This document shows, piece by piece, positions 34,001 to 47,099 of a stretch of DNA of 64,000 nucleotides. Position 1 is the stretch's first letter; each line of letters starts with the position of its first letter. A model generated the notes under the pieces. The model worked only from the letters and a program-made list of their open reading frames with translations, searched no databases and had not been told where the DNA came from. This stretch comes from Heteronotia binoei (taxonomy: Eukaryota), in contig NC_083234.1 of NCBI RefSeq assembly GCF_032191835.1, positions 49,786,001 to 49,850,000 on the forward strand, in the 5' to 3' direction. The position numbers were made by a program, and so were the translations under genes.

Positions 34001-36114
34001 TGGAGTTTGAGTGTTCTGGGAGCAGAAACAGATTTGGGTGGGTAGCAGTATTGGTCTGAAGTAATAGAACAAAATTTGAGTCCAGTGGCTCCTTTAAGGC
34101 CAACAAAATTTAATCCTGGCTGTGTGGGGCACCAGCCAGTGTGATGGTAGGTCAGGTGGCCATGACAGCGGCTATGGGTTGAGGCCATTGAGTGCCCCCC
34201 CCAAAAAATCAAAGGCCCCCTGACCTTCCAAATCCTGGCTATGGGAGTGCCCTGGTTACATCAGTATGAGATTACTGTAGCGAGCTATGTGTCAGGCTGC
34301 CTTTGAAAAGTGTTTGGAAACTTCTATTGGTGCAGAATGCTGTACCCAAGATGTTGACTGGAGTAGGTTGTCTTGGAGCATTTGCACTCCCAATTTGCTT
34401 GCAGGCCCAATTCAAGCCCTATATGACTCGGTACCAGGAAATGTGAAGAACTGTCTGCTCTCTTTCAAACTTGCCCAGTTGCTGAGGTCATTTTTCAGTG
34501 CTGTACTTTGGATGTCCCTACCTTCTGAGATTAGACAGGTTGCAAGCTGAGAAAGGGCCTTCTCAGTTGTGGCACTGGAACTCTGCAACTGTCTCCTCAA
34601 AGAGACTCCACCTCTGTTGCCGCCTTCCACCAGCAAATGAACACTTCTGTGTTTTGTCTGCTGATCCTTCCCTCCTGCCCTATGTTTTGCTGTTTCTATG
34701 TATGTGTATTTTATGATCTTGTGTGTATATTTTAACTTGGATTAAATTATGTTAATGATGTGCTTTTGTTTGGATTTAATAGTTTTGAAGATCTGTTTTT
34801 ATTATACACAAGTGCTGTTGTTTCTTTTAAATCCAAGGTGGCTGGTGAGGGCAGAATGGAAAGGTACAAGTTCTATAAATAAAACTAATAAAGAATGTTC
34901 CCATCGTGCTTGTTTGGCATTCCTTTTCACAGTTTCACTGATTTGGGGAGGGCTTTAGGACTGTAGATAAGCACAGGTCTTGTATTTGCATGAACTATTG
35001 CATGGCCAGGGATTGTGTCTACGAGGCAAAGGCAAAGCCTGAGATATGACCACTGGCAGGTCAACAATAGATGAAGAAGCCACAGCTCTTGTCCTCCTGC
35101 ACCAGGAAGCTAATCTGTCTGCCACATAGCATAGAAAGAAAAGGCCTGCACAAGCTTCTCCTTCCTAGCAATAGGGCATAGCCACCCTGCAAATGCAAGG
35201 AGGGTATAGAGGCTCTACCTTCCTGCAGTAATCAAGAGCAAGAGCACATGAAGTTAGGAGGCATGAGACAGTTCCCTGATTCCAGAACTGAGAGATGTCC
35301 TTATTGCATTTAAGATCCGTGCAGTCCAAGGGGACAGCCAATTTGCCTGTCCATGTGCAAAGCCGTGCACAAGTGCCTAATTTAAAACAGATTTGAAGCA
35401 TGCAAGTGACCGACATTGAGCCTGCTTCCTCCCACATTACCAATGGAAACTTAAGCAATGGCCTTACTCCTCACCGTGCTTCATGGTTTGTGGCATCTTT
35501 TGACTTGGCCAGGTTCCAATATAAAAAGCCAGCCAGGAAGGGAGGCAAATGCTGAAACAAATGGAGCACAGTGAGGAAAAAGGCACAGGAAGGGGCATTG
35601 TTCAGCCGCCTCCCCCAATATGCTCCATTTTTATAAAAATGTAGGCCCTCCATCACCAAGCCTGAGAACCTCAAGGGAGGGAAAAATCCATTTACATAGG
35701 GCCAGTTTACAACTCCTTGTGCAAGTGAGAATTTTAATTGTCTGTAGAGCTGCATCCTGACTTGAGTGGTCTCATTATCTTTGGATCTCGGAAGTTAAGT
35801 GTGGTCAGCACTGGTTAGTACTAGGATGGGAGGCCACTGTGGAAGTCCAGGGTTACTTGGAAGATGCAGGCCATGGCAAACCATCTCGTGCATTGAAAAC
35901 CTTGTAAGGTCACTGTAAACCAGCTGAGATTTGACAGCACTTTCCACCAGAGTACACTGGGCACCTTTTCCTATCTACCTAGAATCTGGGAGAGAGGCTG
36001 TCTTGGATGAGGAGTTAAATTTATTAATTCCATCACAGTAATGGGCGGGATATACAGTATACTTGGAAATCTGCTTCCAAATGAATATAATGGAAACAGC
36101 TATTGACTTCCTAA

Positions 36115-36936
36115 TAGGGATGGGCATGAACCAGCACATGAAATAAAGTTCATCATGCATTTTGGTTGGTTTGTGGTTCACGAAGTAATGTTTGTGGAAG
36201 GGCACCTGGCACAAACATTCCATGAACTTCAGCGCTGTTCATTTCTAGACAGACTGTCTCCTTCAGTTTCTATTACAGAGATTCTCTGGCTTGACCTTGG
36301 GTTTGCACTGTTGCAGTGGTACTGGTTCTGCTGGGACTGCAAAAATTCCCCCCTCACCACCACCTTGAATTTTTACTGCAGAAATTCTCTGGGACTTTAA
36401 TTCTGTTCTGCAAAGCTTCTATTGTCCTTGCATTTTTTTTTCTCCTCCCACCCCCCAAATCCATTACAAAAAATGGAGGATGAGGGCACCTTCTTTGGGG
36501 AGCTGTAACTTGGATCTGTAAATCCAATTCTCACCAAACCTGAAAGGCAGGTAGAGGAGAGCAGCTGGACATCTGCAGTGAGTTTGGTGACTCTAGCTTG
36601 AACGGGATGCATTCTGTATATTCCTAAACCTCCTGAACCTGCACTTGTCATTGCCCCAGAAAGCGCTTTCCTGGGGCACCTTCTTTGGGAAGCCATAACT
36701 CGGAACCTGTAAATCCAATCCTTACCAAACTTGGAAAGACAGCAGAGGAGAGTCAGCCAGAGATCTCCTGTGAGTTTGGTGTTTCTAGCATGGGGAAGGT
36801 GTGTGTGTGTGTTTCCCATATCACAAACAACTGGTTTGTCTAGTGTCAAAAAGTTTGTGCCGGTCTGTTGTTCACAAACTGCACACACCATGAACCACGA
36901 ATCAAACTGCATTTTCCCGGTTCGTGCCCATCCCTA
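36115..36936. mobile_element. Non-autonomous hAT element, 822 bp, with internal ~190-bp-period duplication
   Basis: TIRs tagggatgggcatgaacc / ggttcgtgcccatcccta and a perfect 8-bp TSD cttcctaa. Confidence 0.85.
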
Positions 36937-39183
36937 CTTCCTAATGGGATCAGAATGCCTTTTAGATGACATAACACTGAAAGGTTCAACTTTTGTTTAA
37001 TATCTGTTTTTTGACAAGCATACACACAGACCACAGGGAAAGCAAACAAGATTCCTGCAGCAAGCAGCACAACAGTTGATCCTGTGTCAAATTCTCAGAG
37101 ACAGTAACTGTACACCAAGAATCCCTCCACTTTTTGTTAAGTACAGCTAAGGAACCTCCTCCCCCAAAAAAACTGTCCAACACTATCAGACTCTCTGTGT
37201 GCAAAATCAAACTGCAAACATTCCTTTGTGTCCTTCCCTCAACTCAAGTGGGTATTATGTTCCATAATAGAAACTTCTAGAAACTTCAGCTCTTTTCTTA
37301 ATCAGGGATAGGCCCACTTAGAACATGAGCAAGATTACTCCCCTCTTGTGTGTTAATTCTGAAGGAAAAGTGGAATACCTGAGAAATCTCAACCCTTCTC
37401 CCCACATATCCTTTAGTGAAAATCCATTAAAAACAACCTCTTCCTTACCTGGTTGTTACTTTGAATTAGGATTAATTGAGAGGAATAAAATGAATTTACA
37501 GATGTGCTATATGAGAATTAGGAAGATTGAGGAAGAATCGCACTGCTACGGCGCCAGCCCTAAATCAGACTTTTCCCTGCAGCCGCTGCGGCCGGACCTG
37601 CCTGTCCCACATTGGTCTTGTCAGCCACCAGCGAGCCTGCAGCAGACGTGGACTATTGCACCCTTCTTAAATCTTCGTTCGCAAAGCCAAGCCGAGAGAA
37701 AGAGATATGAGAATTAAGATCTGATCTTGAGCTTCTGTTTCCATTGGGAAGGAGCAATCGCTAACTCTCATTTTCTTTACTCTGTTGCCAGCATGGCATT
37801 TGTCTGAAAGGCTTCCCCTACATCTGGTGTTGGAAGTAAAAGCCCACATGAAACACTGAGGAGGACAGTCTGCCCTACATCTCTCCTCTCAAAGTTAACT
37901 ATGTTTTGTCATTCTGGACTTCCACTCATGGCAGTGTGGAGATTTGAACCCAGACCCCTCACATTCTAGCCTGACACTAAACACTACATTATGTGGTCAG
38001 GAAAAGTTTGGCCCTCTAATAGGTGAATTCCTGATGTTATCCTTTTGTTTTTTCAAGCAAGTTTTATTGTATTTTTTTAAGTAACCTGAATTTCAGCTCT
38101 GAGTCTATTTCAGACAAGCTTTGGTCACACCATCTTTTGCTACTATGACTCATCCCTCGGCTAGTGACAGTTCTCAGAGAGAGTACTGAGGTTGCTGACT
38201 GAACTAAGAAGAATGAGTTGCGGCTTTTGGGAGGAATGGATACCAGGAATTTGGCCCCAATGGCTCTTGCTTTGCAGTTTTCAGGTCCTGCTCCAGTGCA
38301 AACATGCAGGGAACAGGGGTGGGCTTTGGACTTACAATTCAGAACCAGAACTGAAAACTGAATGACAAGTTTGGGAGGGGAGCCGATAACTTTTCTTGTG
38401 GTCCACCATTGGCTCATGTTGTTTAAAACCAAATGAGAATGATTTTGGAACAATTGTACCTGTGACCCCTAGATTTGTAGAAAATGTTATTTCAGATATT
38501 TTCGTCACTATTTTTGAAATAAAAAGACCAATATAGTCAAATACACATCTGTAAATCCATCCCTGTTTAAGGTCTACTGGTGGCTTCTGGCCAGGAAAAG
38601 TCGTGTTCCAAGGAATTCTGTCTCTAAAGACCAGGTGCTGAGGACCAGCAACAGGAGATGACTATCACCACATGGTTTAATTGTGGGGTTGCCAAGTACC
38701 ATTTGGCCAACCAGAGAGTGATGCAGGTGGGGAGGGAGGTTGCCAGATCCAGGTTAGGAAACTCCTGGAGATTGAGGGGTGGAGAGGACAGGGTGGGGAG
38801 GACAAGGACCTCATTGGAGTACACTATCATAGAGTCCATCCTCCTAACCATCTATTTTCTCCAAGGGAAATGATCTCTGTAGTCTGCAGATTACCTGTAA
38901 TTCCAGCCCCCTCCCCTCAAGTCCCACCTGGTGGTTGACACCCCTACTTGGTTGTTAGCTTCCTGTAGATTCTGGCCACAATGGTCACCAATGTTAAATG
39001 CAGCAGAGGTGATCTGCCCAGAAAATATACCTCTGTGGCTGGGAGGGATTTCTGGGAGTTCCCCCATTCTCAGCCATCCCTAAAGCTGACCCAGCCGAGA
39101 AATCAAACTTTCAAGGGGAAGATGGGAATGGCGGAAAACTGGGTGCCCATGCACATGAGATCTTTCTCTGAGAGCCCTCGGGC

Positions 39184-42100
39184 TCAGCATGACTGAAAGT
39201 AAAAGTCAATGACATGAGCGGATCCTGGGTTCCTCGTGAGGCCGATGGGCTCGTTGGATTTGGAGGAGGTGCAAAGGAACCAGCCTGGGTGGGCAGCAGA
39301 CTCAAAGCGCCACATTCCATTCTTGTGAGACCGGAAGAAGGTAAAGCGGGTAGAGTCCTCCTTGCCGTCATTGTACAGGTCTGAGATGCGGATGCTCTGA
39401 AAAGAAGGAAAAAGGCAGCTTATGGAGGGAGCAAAAAAACCAAAACAACACCAGCAGCCTTTTGCCAGCAACCTGGGGGGCAAGAAGATACCTGACCTAG
39501 CTCCAGTTGGGGAGGGGGGGAGAGAAAGAGACTGACTGACTGGTTCCTGTTCTGAACAATATGAGGAATTCCTTGGGAACTTGCAGGACAGACTTGTTTT
39601 TCATTGGAGACAGAGAGGCATGGGTGAAGCACGAGAGGAGACAATCTCTGTGGATTCTTCCATTGGGTGATCATCGCCAGCCCTTAAGAAGGTCTTTAGT
39701 GCACAAATGCTGACAGTTCCGGAAAGGGACACTTCCTTTCTGCCAATGTACCTGCAATTCTCAGGCCCAAGTGACAAGTAAAACTAGGAGATCCATTAAC
39801 ATCCAGAGTCCCAGAATTTTAAAAGAGAAAGAGTAACATGTGTCCCTGATATGGATCTGGGGGACAGTATGGGTGGGTGGGTGGGGGGGGGGGTCAGACT
39901 GTTTCCTCCAAGCAATTTCAGCAAGAACAGCTCTAGATTGTTAGTGAAGTATGTGATCTGAGCAGGAGGTCCCAGGTTCATCTCCATCTTCAGTAATTAA
40001 AGAGTGTAGATGTTGGGAAAGACCTTTCTCTGCTTGTGGCTCTGGACAGCTGCTGATCGCCAGATCAGACAACGCTGAGTTAGATGCACCAGGGATATAA
40101 ATAACCAACAGAGGCTCATATGTTCAGTGGTCCTGCCTGGGATGGGTGAGACTGGAGGGGGATGAAGGAGATTTCCCAGGCTCTGGCTCATGAACAGTTA
40201 ACACCACATTACACACCATCATTGATTCATACTAAAGGCCTGCAACCAGTGCTTAGACAGCTAAATTCAAACATACTGAATCCCCCTTCCCACTAACCCA
40301 CACTATAAACCCCCCTCCCCACTAGTGGCCTGAAGGAGACTCTCTCCTGCATTTCTGGCCACCCAGCCTTGTGCTTTTCTCTCTTCCCAGCTTCCTCACC
40401 CATGTCTTCTCTGCTATCTTCCTTATGTACTCCTTGTTTACCATTGCTGGCCTCCCATTCTGTCCAGGGTGGAAAAGAAGAGCAAACCACTGTTGCCCCC
40501 TCCTTTGTTGTTACAAAAAAGTCCTCGGTCATTTGTGCCACTGTGGGAAAGGCCAATACCAAGTGGCCTTTGTGGAAAGAACTGCAACCATGACAGGCTG
40601 AGTGGCTGGAGGAAGGGGCAGAGACATGGGCTGCTTCTCCTCTGGCCTCCCGGCCACAATACAAGCTTTGAACTCAGTGAGACCCAGTTAACAGACATAT
40701 GATCAGGCTGAATCCATCAGACACAGCATCCCTGTCTCTGGCTCCTCCTTCCAAGGCTGAGCCATGTGCAGTTCACTGCCTCCAAAACAATACAATACAA
40801 GGCTGAGCCTCCTCACCTCAAGCTGGAGCACAGGTTGGTCCCCGAGGGAGCAGGCCAGGCACTGACTCCCATCCCGAATACTCAGGATGATCGGGAACTT
40901 CTCACGATTAAAGTTACGGTTAGGAATCCAGTAAATCTTCTCTGGAGTGGGAAAGGGGGAGAAGGAATAGAGAACCAGTCAACATTCTGAGGGTATTCCA
41001 GATGCAAAGGCAGAGGCATGGTGGCATTCACAGAGGCCACCCTGACACGCAAGTAGAAATAAGAGAAAGAGGATCTGGCCCAGGGTTACCTTCTCCTAGA
41101 TCTGGAGAGAGGTTGGAGGGCTCTCTTGAGTGCCCCCACCCCAAATTTTTTAAAAGCCCCTCGACCTACAAAATCTTGGCTATGCCTCTGCTCTGCTGAA
41201 GTCCCTCTCAGCCTCCAACCTCAAAACCTCCTGGAATTTCCCAACCCAAAGCTTGCAGCACTAGACATTCCACAGATAGCCTGTTGCCTTCAACTCAGAA
41301 GGAGGCAATTTGAGAAAGGAAGCCAGCTTAGGTTAGTTGGCAAATGTTCCCAGGGGTTTTTTTTGCCGATGGCTGTAGGTGGTTCTTGATGCCAACCAAT
41401 GCAAATGGAACTGTGGAATACCAGCAGGCCCAGGGCAGAGGCGGAAGCAAAGCAAAGGGGTAGGAAGTGGTAAAAAAGCAGGAGCTGAATTACTGAGAGG
41501 GCCACTTCCTGCCCATTGGCATGGAGATACAACAGAGGGAAGGGTCACCTCCTCACTCACTAGTTTCCATGATGGCAGACCCTTTCCCTTTGAAAATCAA
41601 GACAGTAGCCTATTGACTTGCTTGGAGAAAGGTGACAAGTCTACAGCCAGGAAATTAATTATGGGGGAGGGGGAATACCTGCAGCCCACCCCCCCACATA
41701 TTCTGTGGTAGGCACAAGAATCGAGAGGGCAGAACCAATTCAGAAGAAAAATAATGGGAGAAGCCAACGGGTGTGCAAAGACATGCAGCCCTCTTGTGCC
41801 ATCTTCCAAGCTCAGCATTGGGGCCTAGTTCTTGGTTGGTGTTATTGCTGTATGGGAGAAAGGCAACTGCTACCTCCATGAGTCTGAATGAGATCCATCC
41901 CTCAGTGGAGACTTCTTGACCCTTCTGCCTATCAATGAGAAACTTCAGGAGAGTAATATGACGTGCACAACACAGACTCACCTTCCAGGGCAGAATTGGG
42001 ACCTTGTAGGTATCCTGCCACTAGCTCATCATTCTGTAGGTAAAGGGATTTTTGATTGACATCCCAGATTCTGAAACACCAAAGCTTAAGTTAATATGCT

Positions 42101-42776
42101 GAGCTCTCATCAGCTTTAAACTTGCCAGCATTACTCAGACATAAATACTTCCTTATCTCACGTGAATATACAACAAGGTCACATCTGTGTCTTGTACTTA
42201 ATTGATCAGCATGTGTGTATTTGGTTTTATGGCCACTATCTGTCACTTACGATGCCAATCAAATCTACTGACCACCAAGTCTACCAAGCCACCAAGTCTA
42301 CCAAGCACACACTTTGCAGGTAGAAGACCTTTGTAGCTGGAAGGCTACATGAGACGTCATCTTGGGCAGGCAGGCACGGAGGAAGCACCCACCCCCTCCG
42401 CAAACCCACCCCCTCCGCTGTGGAGAGGGCAGTGTGCTTCCTCCATGCCTTTCTTCCTGGCTTCAGCTCTGACGCTTACAGCAAGCGGCGGGATCGGAGG
42501 GCAGAGAGAGCGATCCTGGCGCTTGCTGTAAGCGTCAGAGCTGGAGCCAGGCAGGCACGGAGGAAGCGCTGGGATCTGAGGCAGCGGATCGCCCCCCAGG
42601 AGGAAGGTGCGTCCTATCGTCCGGAGCGCCTTATGGTGCAAAAAATACGGTACTTACCGAGACCTGAAGACCATTACTTGGGCACCTGGCATTGCACAGA
42701 CCTTGTCCCCATCTGAACAGAGAAGAGAAAGGAGGAAGAAGACAGTGTTACTCAGTGGGGATTGGTGAGGCTTCAT
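39184..42776 (-). CDS. IL1RN: Interleukin-1 receptor antagonist-like protein, secreted form, 181 aa
   Basis: Exons 42658-42776 ([40 protein letters not shown]; caccATG Kozak; hydrophobic signal), 41982-42070 ([30 protein letters not shown], close to human [31 protein letters not shown]), 40817-40941 and 39184-39396 ([12 protein letters not shown]...VIDFYFQSC*). The 546 nt are in frame. Orthology versus IL36RN/IL1F10 needs a tree. Confidence 0.85.
42369..42652. mobile_element. Truncated CpG-rich MITE abutting the IL1RN exon-1 donor
   Basis: Terminus ...ttatggtgcaaaaaatacggta and an internal hairpin (ctctgacgcttacagcaagc / gcttgctgtaagcgtcagag). Other terminus not found. Confidence 0.55.
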
Positions 42777-43789
42777 GGTGAATAAGGAAGCTCTGCTGTC
42801 TCAGGGCAGCCCTGTCTTTTTATAGATCAGTCGCATGATTGGAATGCACATCATCACCCAGCACAATTGTTAATTCTGTGGCTGTGATACAAGCCCTAAA
42901 ATTTCCAATCGCTCCTTTACGTGTTGCAATCCATGTTGCAACTACAGATGTCGAAACTTCCCCAAAAGGACAGCTTATCTTCCTGTAGCTGGGTGCAGAC
43001 AAAGGAACAGCAAAAAGCAAGCATCAACAACAAAGCATCAATTCAATGTCCCTAACTAGAAAGACCTTTTAAAGACTTTGGGTTTTCTCTTGTGAAAGAT
43101 AAGCAGAGAGCCAATCGCTATTCAGGTGTAGTAGCCTGGAGCTCCTTCTATCAAAGCAAAACAATGACCTTCTGCCCACCGGAAGCTTTAGCCTTCTCAC
43201 TCAGCTGCCAGAAAGATTCCCCAGACCATCTTGATGCAACTCTTTCATTCACATGGAAGGAGCAGATTTGCAGCAAGGACTGAGATCAGCAATTTTTTAA
43301 AAAACGAGCTGTGGTTCTCTGGTGGTAACGTCCTACCCATGCTAGCTGGCAGCTCCTGTCTCCAAGTCACATATTGTTCTGATCCTGTCAGCTCAAACTA
43401 GATGGTCTGTAAGCCTCGCCTAGCTACTTATGGTGCAACCTGAAAAGTTTAGGGAGGAGCAGTCAAGCCTCAGGGGGTTGTCTATAGATTGCATTGTTGC
43501 AAAAGAGGCAGAGGACACTGGCTTTTCAGGGACAGAGTTCTCCAAAGTTCTTTCCTACCACCCAGTTTGGGGCCAATGGGAACTCCTGTCAGGGTCCCCT
43601 TGGAAATGCCAAAGTACCCTCAAAAGGTCAAATAATCTGCCCCACAGCTAGGTATGTGGACATACCACATAAGCAGGAAGGGCCCAAGCTCAGGGACAAA
43701 GCATGTGCTTAGCAGGCAAAGACTCCTGGTTCAGTCCTTAGTCTCTCCAGCTGAAAAGATCCCTGGTTGTATAGCTGGCAGAGACTTCT

Positions 43790-44020
43790 CTTCCTCCAAG
43801 CCTGGAGCGATATGATCCCTACACCCCATTCCAGTCATCATTCTGGCCACAACATTCTGTACCAACTGTAGCTTTTGGACAGTCCTCAAGAGCACCCCCG
43901 CACCCATATAGCACATTGCAATAACCAAATCTAGATGCACCACAACCGAAAAGATCTTTTCTGCCCTCATCCATCCCAGAACTGCTGCCAAGTACCTCTT
44001 CACAGTTTCCACAGCCCCCC
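43790..44020 (-). mobile_element. L2 LINE fragment
   Basis: Peptide ...LDxxxAMCYMG...VQKLQLVQNVVARMMTG...DHIAPGL matches the C-terminal part of the L2 RT at 60-61 kb. Confidence 0.7.
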
Positions 44021-44734
44021 TGGCACCTGGAAGCATGAAATAAACTTGTCATCCCACATATTGGTAGCAACATAACCCAGATGACATGGCTTCACACAGA
44101 AATTAAAGAGCGTGGATTAGATGGGCCAGTAGACCTACAGTGACTTGGCAGAAGGCTACATGAGACGTCATCTTGGGCACAAAACTCAGTGTGACTCTTT
44201 GAAAGATGCAGATGTTTAACCTTGCTGGTTGCAATCAAGTGAGGGCAATGCCAGAGAGAAAGATCAGGATTCCAGCCCTTTGCACAACTGTTTGCCCCAA
44301 CTTTTGGTTAGCAAAGCAGCAGAGCAATGCCAACCTAAGGCAACTTAAGCCCTTCTTAAGTTCTCTACCTTCAGCAGACTTAGAAAGATATACTTAGCCG
44401 AAGACTCTACGGTGCACCATATAAACATAGAACAATTTTTTAAAATAAACAAGCATATCTGTACATCCCCTCTCTTCATAGGATACCTAATGAATTTCAC
44501 AGAACCAAACTTGGATTCCATTTTTTATCATGGAGAACTCACAGCTCTGCCCACAGTCCTCAGATAATGAGTCCCATTGTCTCAAATATTGCAGGTGCTG
44601 GTTGAGCCCAACATAGCAGGCAAGGTGCTTCTTCCCATATTTCAAGATTTCAGAGCTAAGAACATCATCTTCATAACAGGATATTTTCCCCAAGCTTTAG
44701 TGAGCATGGTCCTCTGAAAGGCCCTTTCAGTGAT

Positions 44735-44744
44735 GGAAAATCCC
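44735..44744 (-). promoter_or_regulatory. Candidate NF-kB site upstream of IL1RN-like gene
   Basis: GGGATTTTCC on the minus strand fits GGGRNWYYCC, ~2 kb upstream of the ATG. Motif match only. Confidence 0.25.
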
Positions 44745-44753
44745 TGTCTCTTG

Positions 44754-45030
44754 GGGCGTTTTCGCACTCACCTTCAGCCGGCACGACCCCCCTCTTCACC
44801 GCGCAGGATCTGCGTGGATTTCGCACTAAATGCCGCGGAGCAGCTGGAAACTCCCGTCACAAAAGCCGCGCAAACGGAAACTGCTTTTTGGCGGTTTACA
44901 TTTGAGCGGCTTTTGCGCCGGGAGTTTCCGGCTCTTCCAGCTGCTCCGCGGCATTTAGTGCGAAATCCGCGCAGATCCTGCGCGGTGAAGAGGGGGGTTG
45001 CGCCGGCTGAAGGTGAGTGTGAAAACGCCC
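44754..45030. mobile_element. Palindromic PIF/Harbinger-type MITE
   Basis: Long inverted arms (gggcgttttcgcactcaccttcagccggc... / ...gccggctgaaggtgagtgtgaaaacgccc) and a 3-bp TSD ttg. Confidence 0.8.
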
Positions 45031-47099
45031 TTGGAGACCTGCCCCGAAACTGAGCACTTTCAGACAAGTTATATGAGAGCCTTTCAGGGATCAAAGTGAA
45101 GAGCAAATAGAGTGTTTGGGCTTTTATTCTATTTGAGTGTCATCAAATGTGAATATCTCAGTCAGGGTTTTTCATTCAATTTGCACTGCAATCCACTAAG
45201 CCCCCACAAAGAGGCAAGCATAAAGGTAAGTAAATCAACACAAAAACCTTTGTTTAGGAGGAAAGCTGGCTTTACTTTTCAAGGTCAGCCTCACCCAGTT
45301 TGCTGCTGTGCTTTGACCATTTTCTGAAAGATATAGGGGCTCCCAGAGAAACACTTGGAGGTTTCCAGCAGCAACTGGGGACCTGTCAGTTAGCTGTCTG
45401 CCAAGGAGTCTCCAGGTATTCCTAGTTCCCCTCCCTAGGACCATAAGCTGTTCAACATGTGATGGCACAACCTAAGGGAAGAAGTGGCTGCTGATAGTTT
45501 CTCATCTCTTTGACCCATTTAACTGTGGCTTTGCTGGGCTTTCTACAGGCTGCAATTTTCTCCCATGTCAGAGCTGGGCAGGTTCACAAAGAATAACAAA
45601 CCACTGAATCATGGATGATGTTGCGTGATATGGAGAGTGGTGAGAAATGAAAGCCAAACTCTCCTGCAAAATGCCCCAGCCTCCTCCTTTCTGAATATCA
45701 GGATTCCCCAGGACATCAAATAGAAGTGTATTTACCCAGCGCAGCCAAAGAGGAAGCCACAGTGTTGAAAACAGAAGAACCTGAAATTGCCTCATTCTAT
45801 GAGCGTAAGGGATGTCTACTCTGAGAACTTCTTGTGGACCTACGCAATGCCGCGATTGAAGCAGGGGGGTGGGAGGGGGGAGAGACTGCATCTATTTCCT
45901 GGCAGAAGGCTTATTTGGCTTTCAGCTATCTAAGCATCCACAGCACTAATTGAAAAAGGCGGCTACATGACGCAAATCCATCTTCAGAAAAGCCACCCCC
46001 AGCTTACATTCAGAGCACCAGAGACACTAACAAGATACTATAAAGGATATTTCCAGTAATTTGCCTTAGTTCACAGATGAATCGTGCTGCGGTGTTTTAA
46101 AGCTGTTTCACGTAACCTTGCCAGCCCAATGCTGAAGTCTCATGGAAGAGACCCAACCTGATGTCAGAACCTCCTAAGACCAGTCAGACACCACCAGAAT
46201 CATTTTCAAAGCTCTCCCTCATTTATTTATATAGCTGAATTTCAATCTCTAGGGCTTCTTTTATTCTTTCTTTCCTACTTTATTGTAAGTAGTGCGGGGG
46301 CTATGAATGTGAAAAACATATATTGCTAGTGATAAGCAATGCAGCTAATGATAAGTAATGTCTGTATTGTTAGTGATAAGCAATGCATCTCTTCCTCCTA
46401 CACCTGCCTCCATTTGTATATTTGTTTGCTAGTAGGGGTTTGGTTCTTTTTAGAGACCTTTCCCTTCAAAGGCAGCAGGATACAACCAAACTTTTAGTGC
46501 ACTGTTGGCATTAAAAAAAAACAGAAGTACTTGGGTGAGAGTTCCTGTTGTTTACAGATCAAATTTCCTGGTTATTTTGACACCTTGACAGAGTGGTCAA
46601 GGTGACAATTGCTCAGTGGAGACATGCAGGAGGAGGAAGGCAGGTGTGGTCAGCTCAGCCACATATTCTTAGGCTCAGCTGCACCAAGGGAAGGGGGTTA
46701 AAAGTTGTGCTGAAAGTAGGAAGCCGTTGCAAAAGCTGGGTGCTATGAGGAATTTGAACGACAAGAACACAGTTTCACATAATTGTCTTTTTACAATAGC
46801 TCAATTAGGTAGATTAGAATGAAGTTGAACATTTGTATCATGTAGGTCTTCTGAGAGGTAGTTCCATGGAAAAGGGGCAGCGAGAGAGATTCATTTACCG
46901 TAAGTGAGAAGACCTTCAGATGGTGGCACTGGAGTTAAAATGTTCTTCACTAGGGATGTACTGGGATATGAGTGGAGAGATGACAGTGGAGGGGCATAAA
47001 GCTGTGTATTAAGTACTGGCTTCGAGACACATAGTAGTGAACAGCTCTGCTTTATTAGTGAAATCAGCAAGAAGACTGAAGTTCAGGGCAACTGGCCCT

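Noticed and set aside
35757-35945. 5S rRNA-like sequences (also ~19.5, 59.0 and 62.6 kb)
   Set aside because: Degenerate and fused to a retroposon tail, so these are SINEs, not rRNA genes.
36397-36912. 171-aa ORF with internal repeat
   Set aside because: Inside the non-autonomous hAT element, and the repeat reflects the element's internal DNA duplication.
44487-44693. Minus-strand ORF ending GIQVWFCEIH, superficially like IL-1beta pro-domain GIQLRIS
   Set aside because: It terminates at TAG before the donor, no in-frame link to IL1RN, and the similarity is too short.
44774-45106. Overlapping ORFs on both strands
   Set aside because: An artefact of the palindromic Harbinger MITE.
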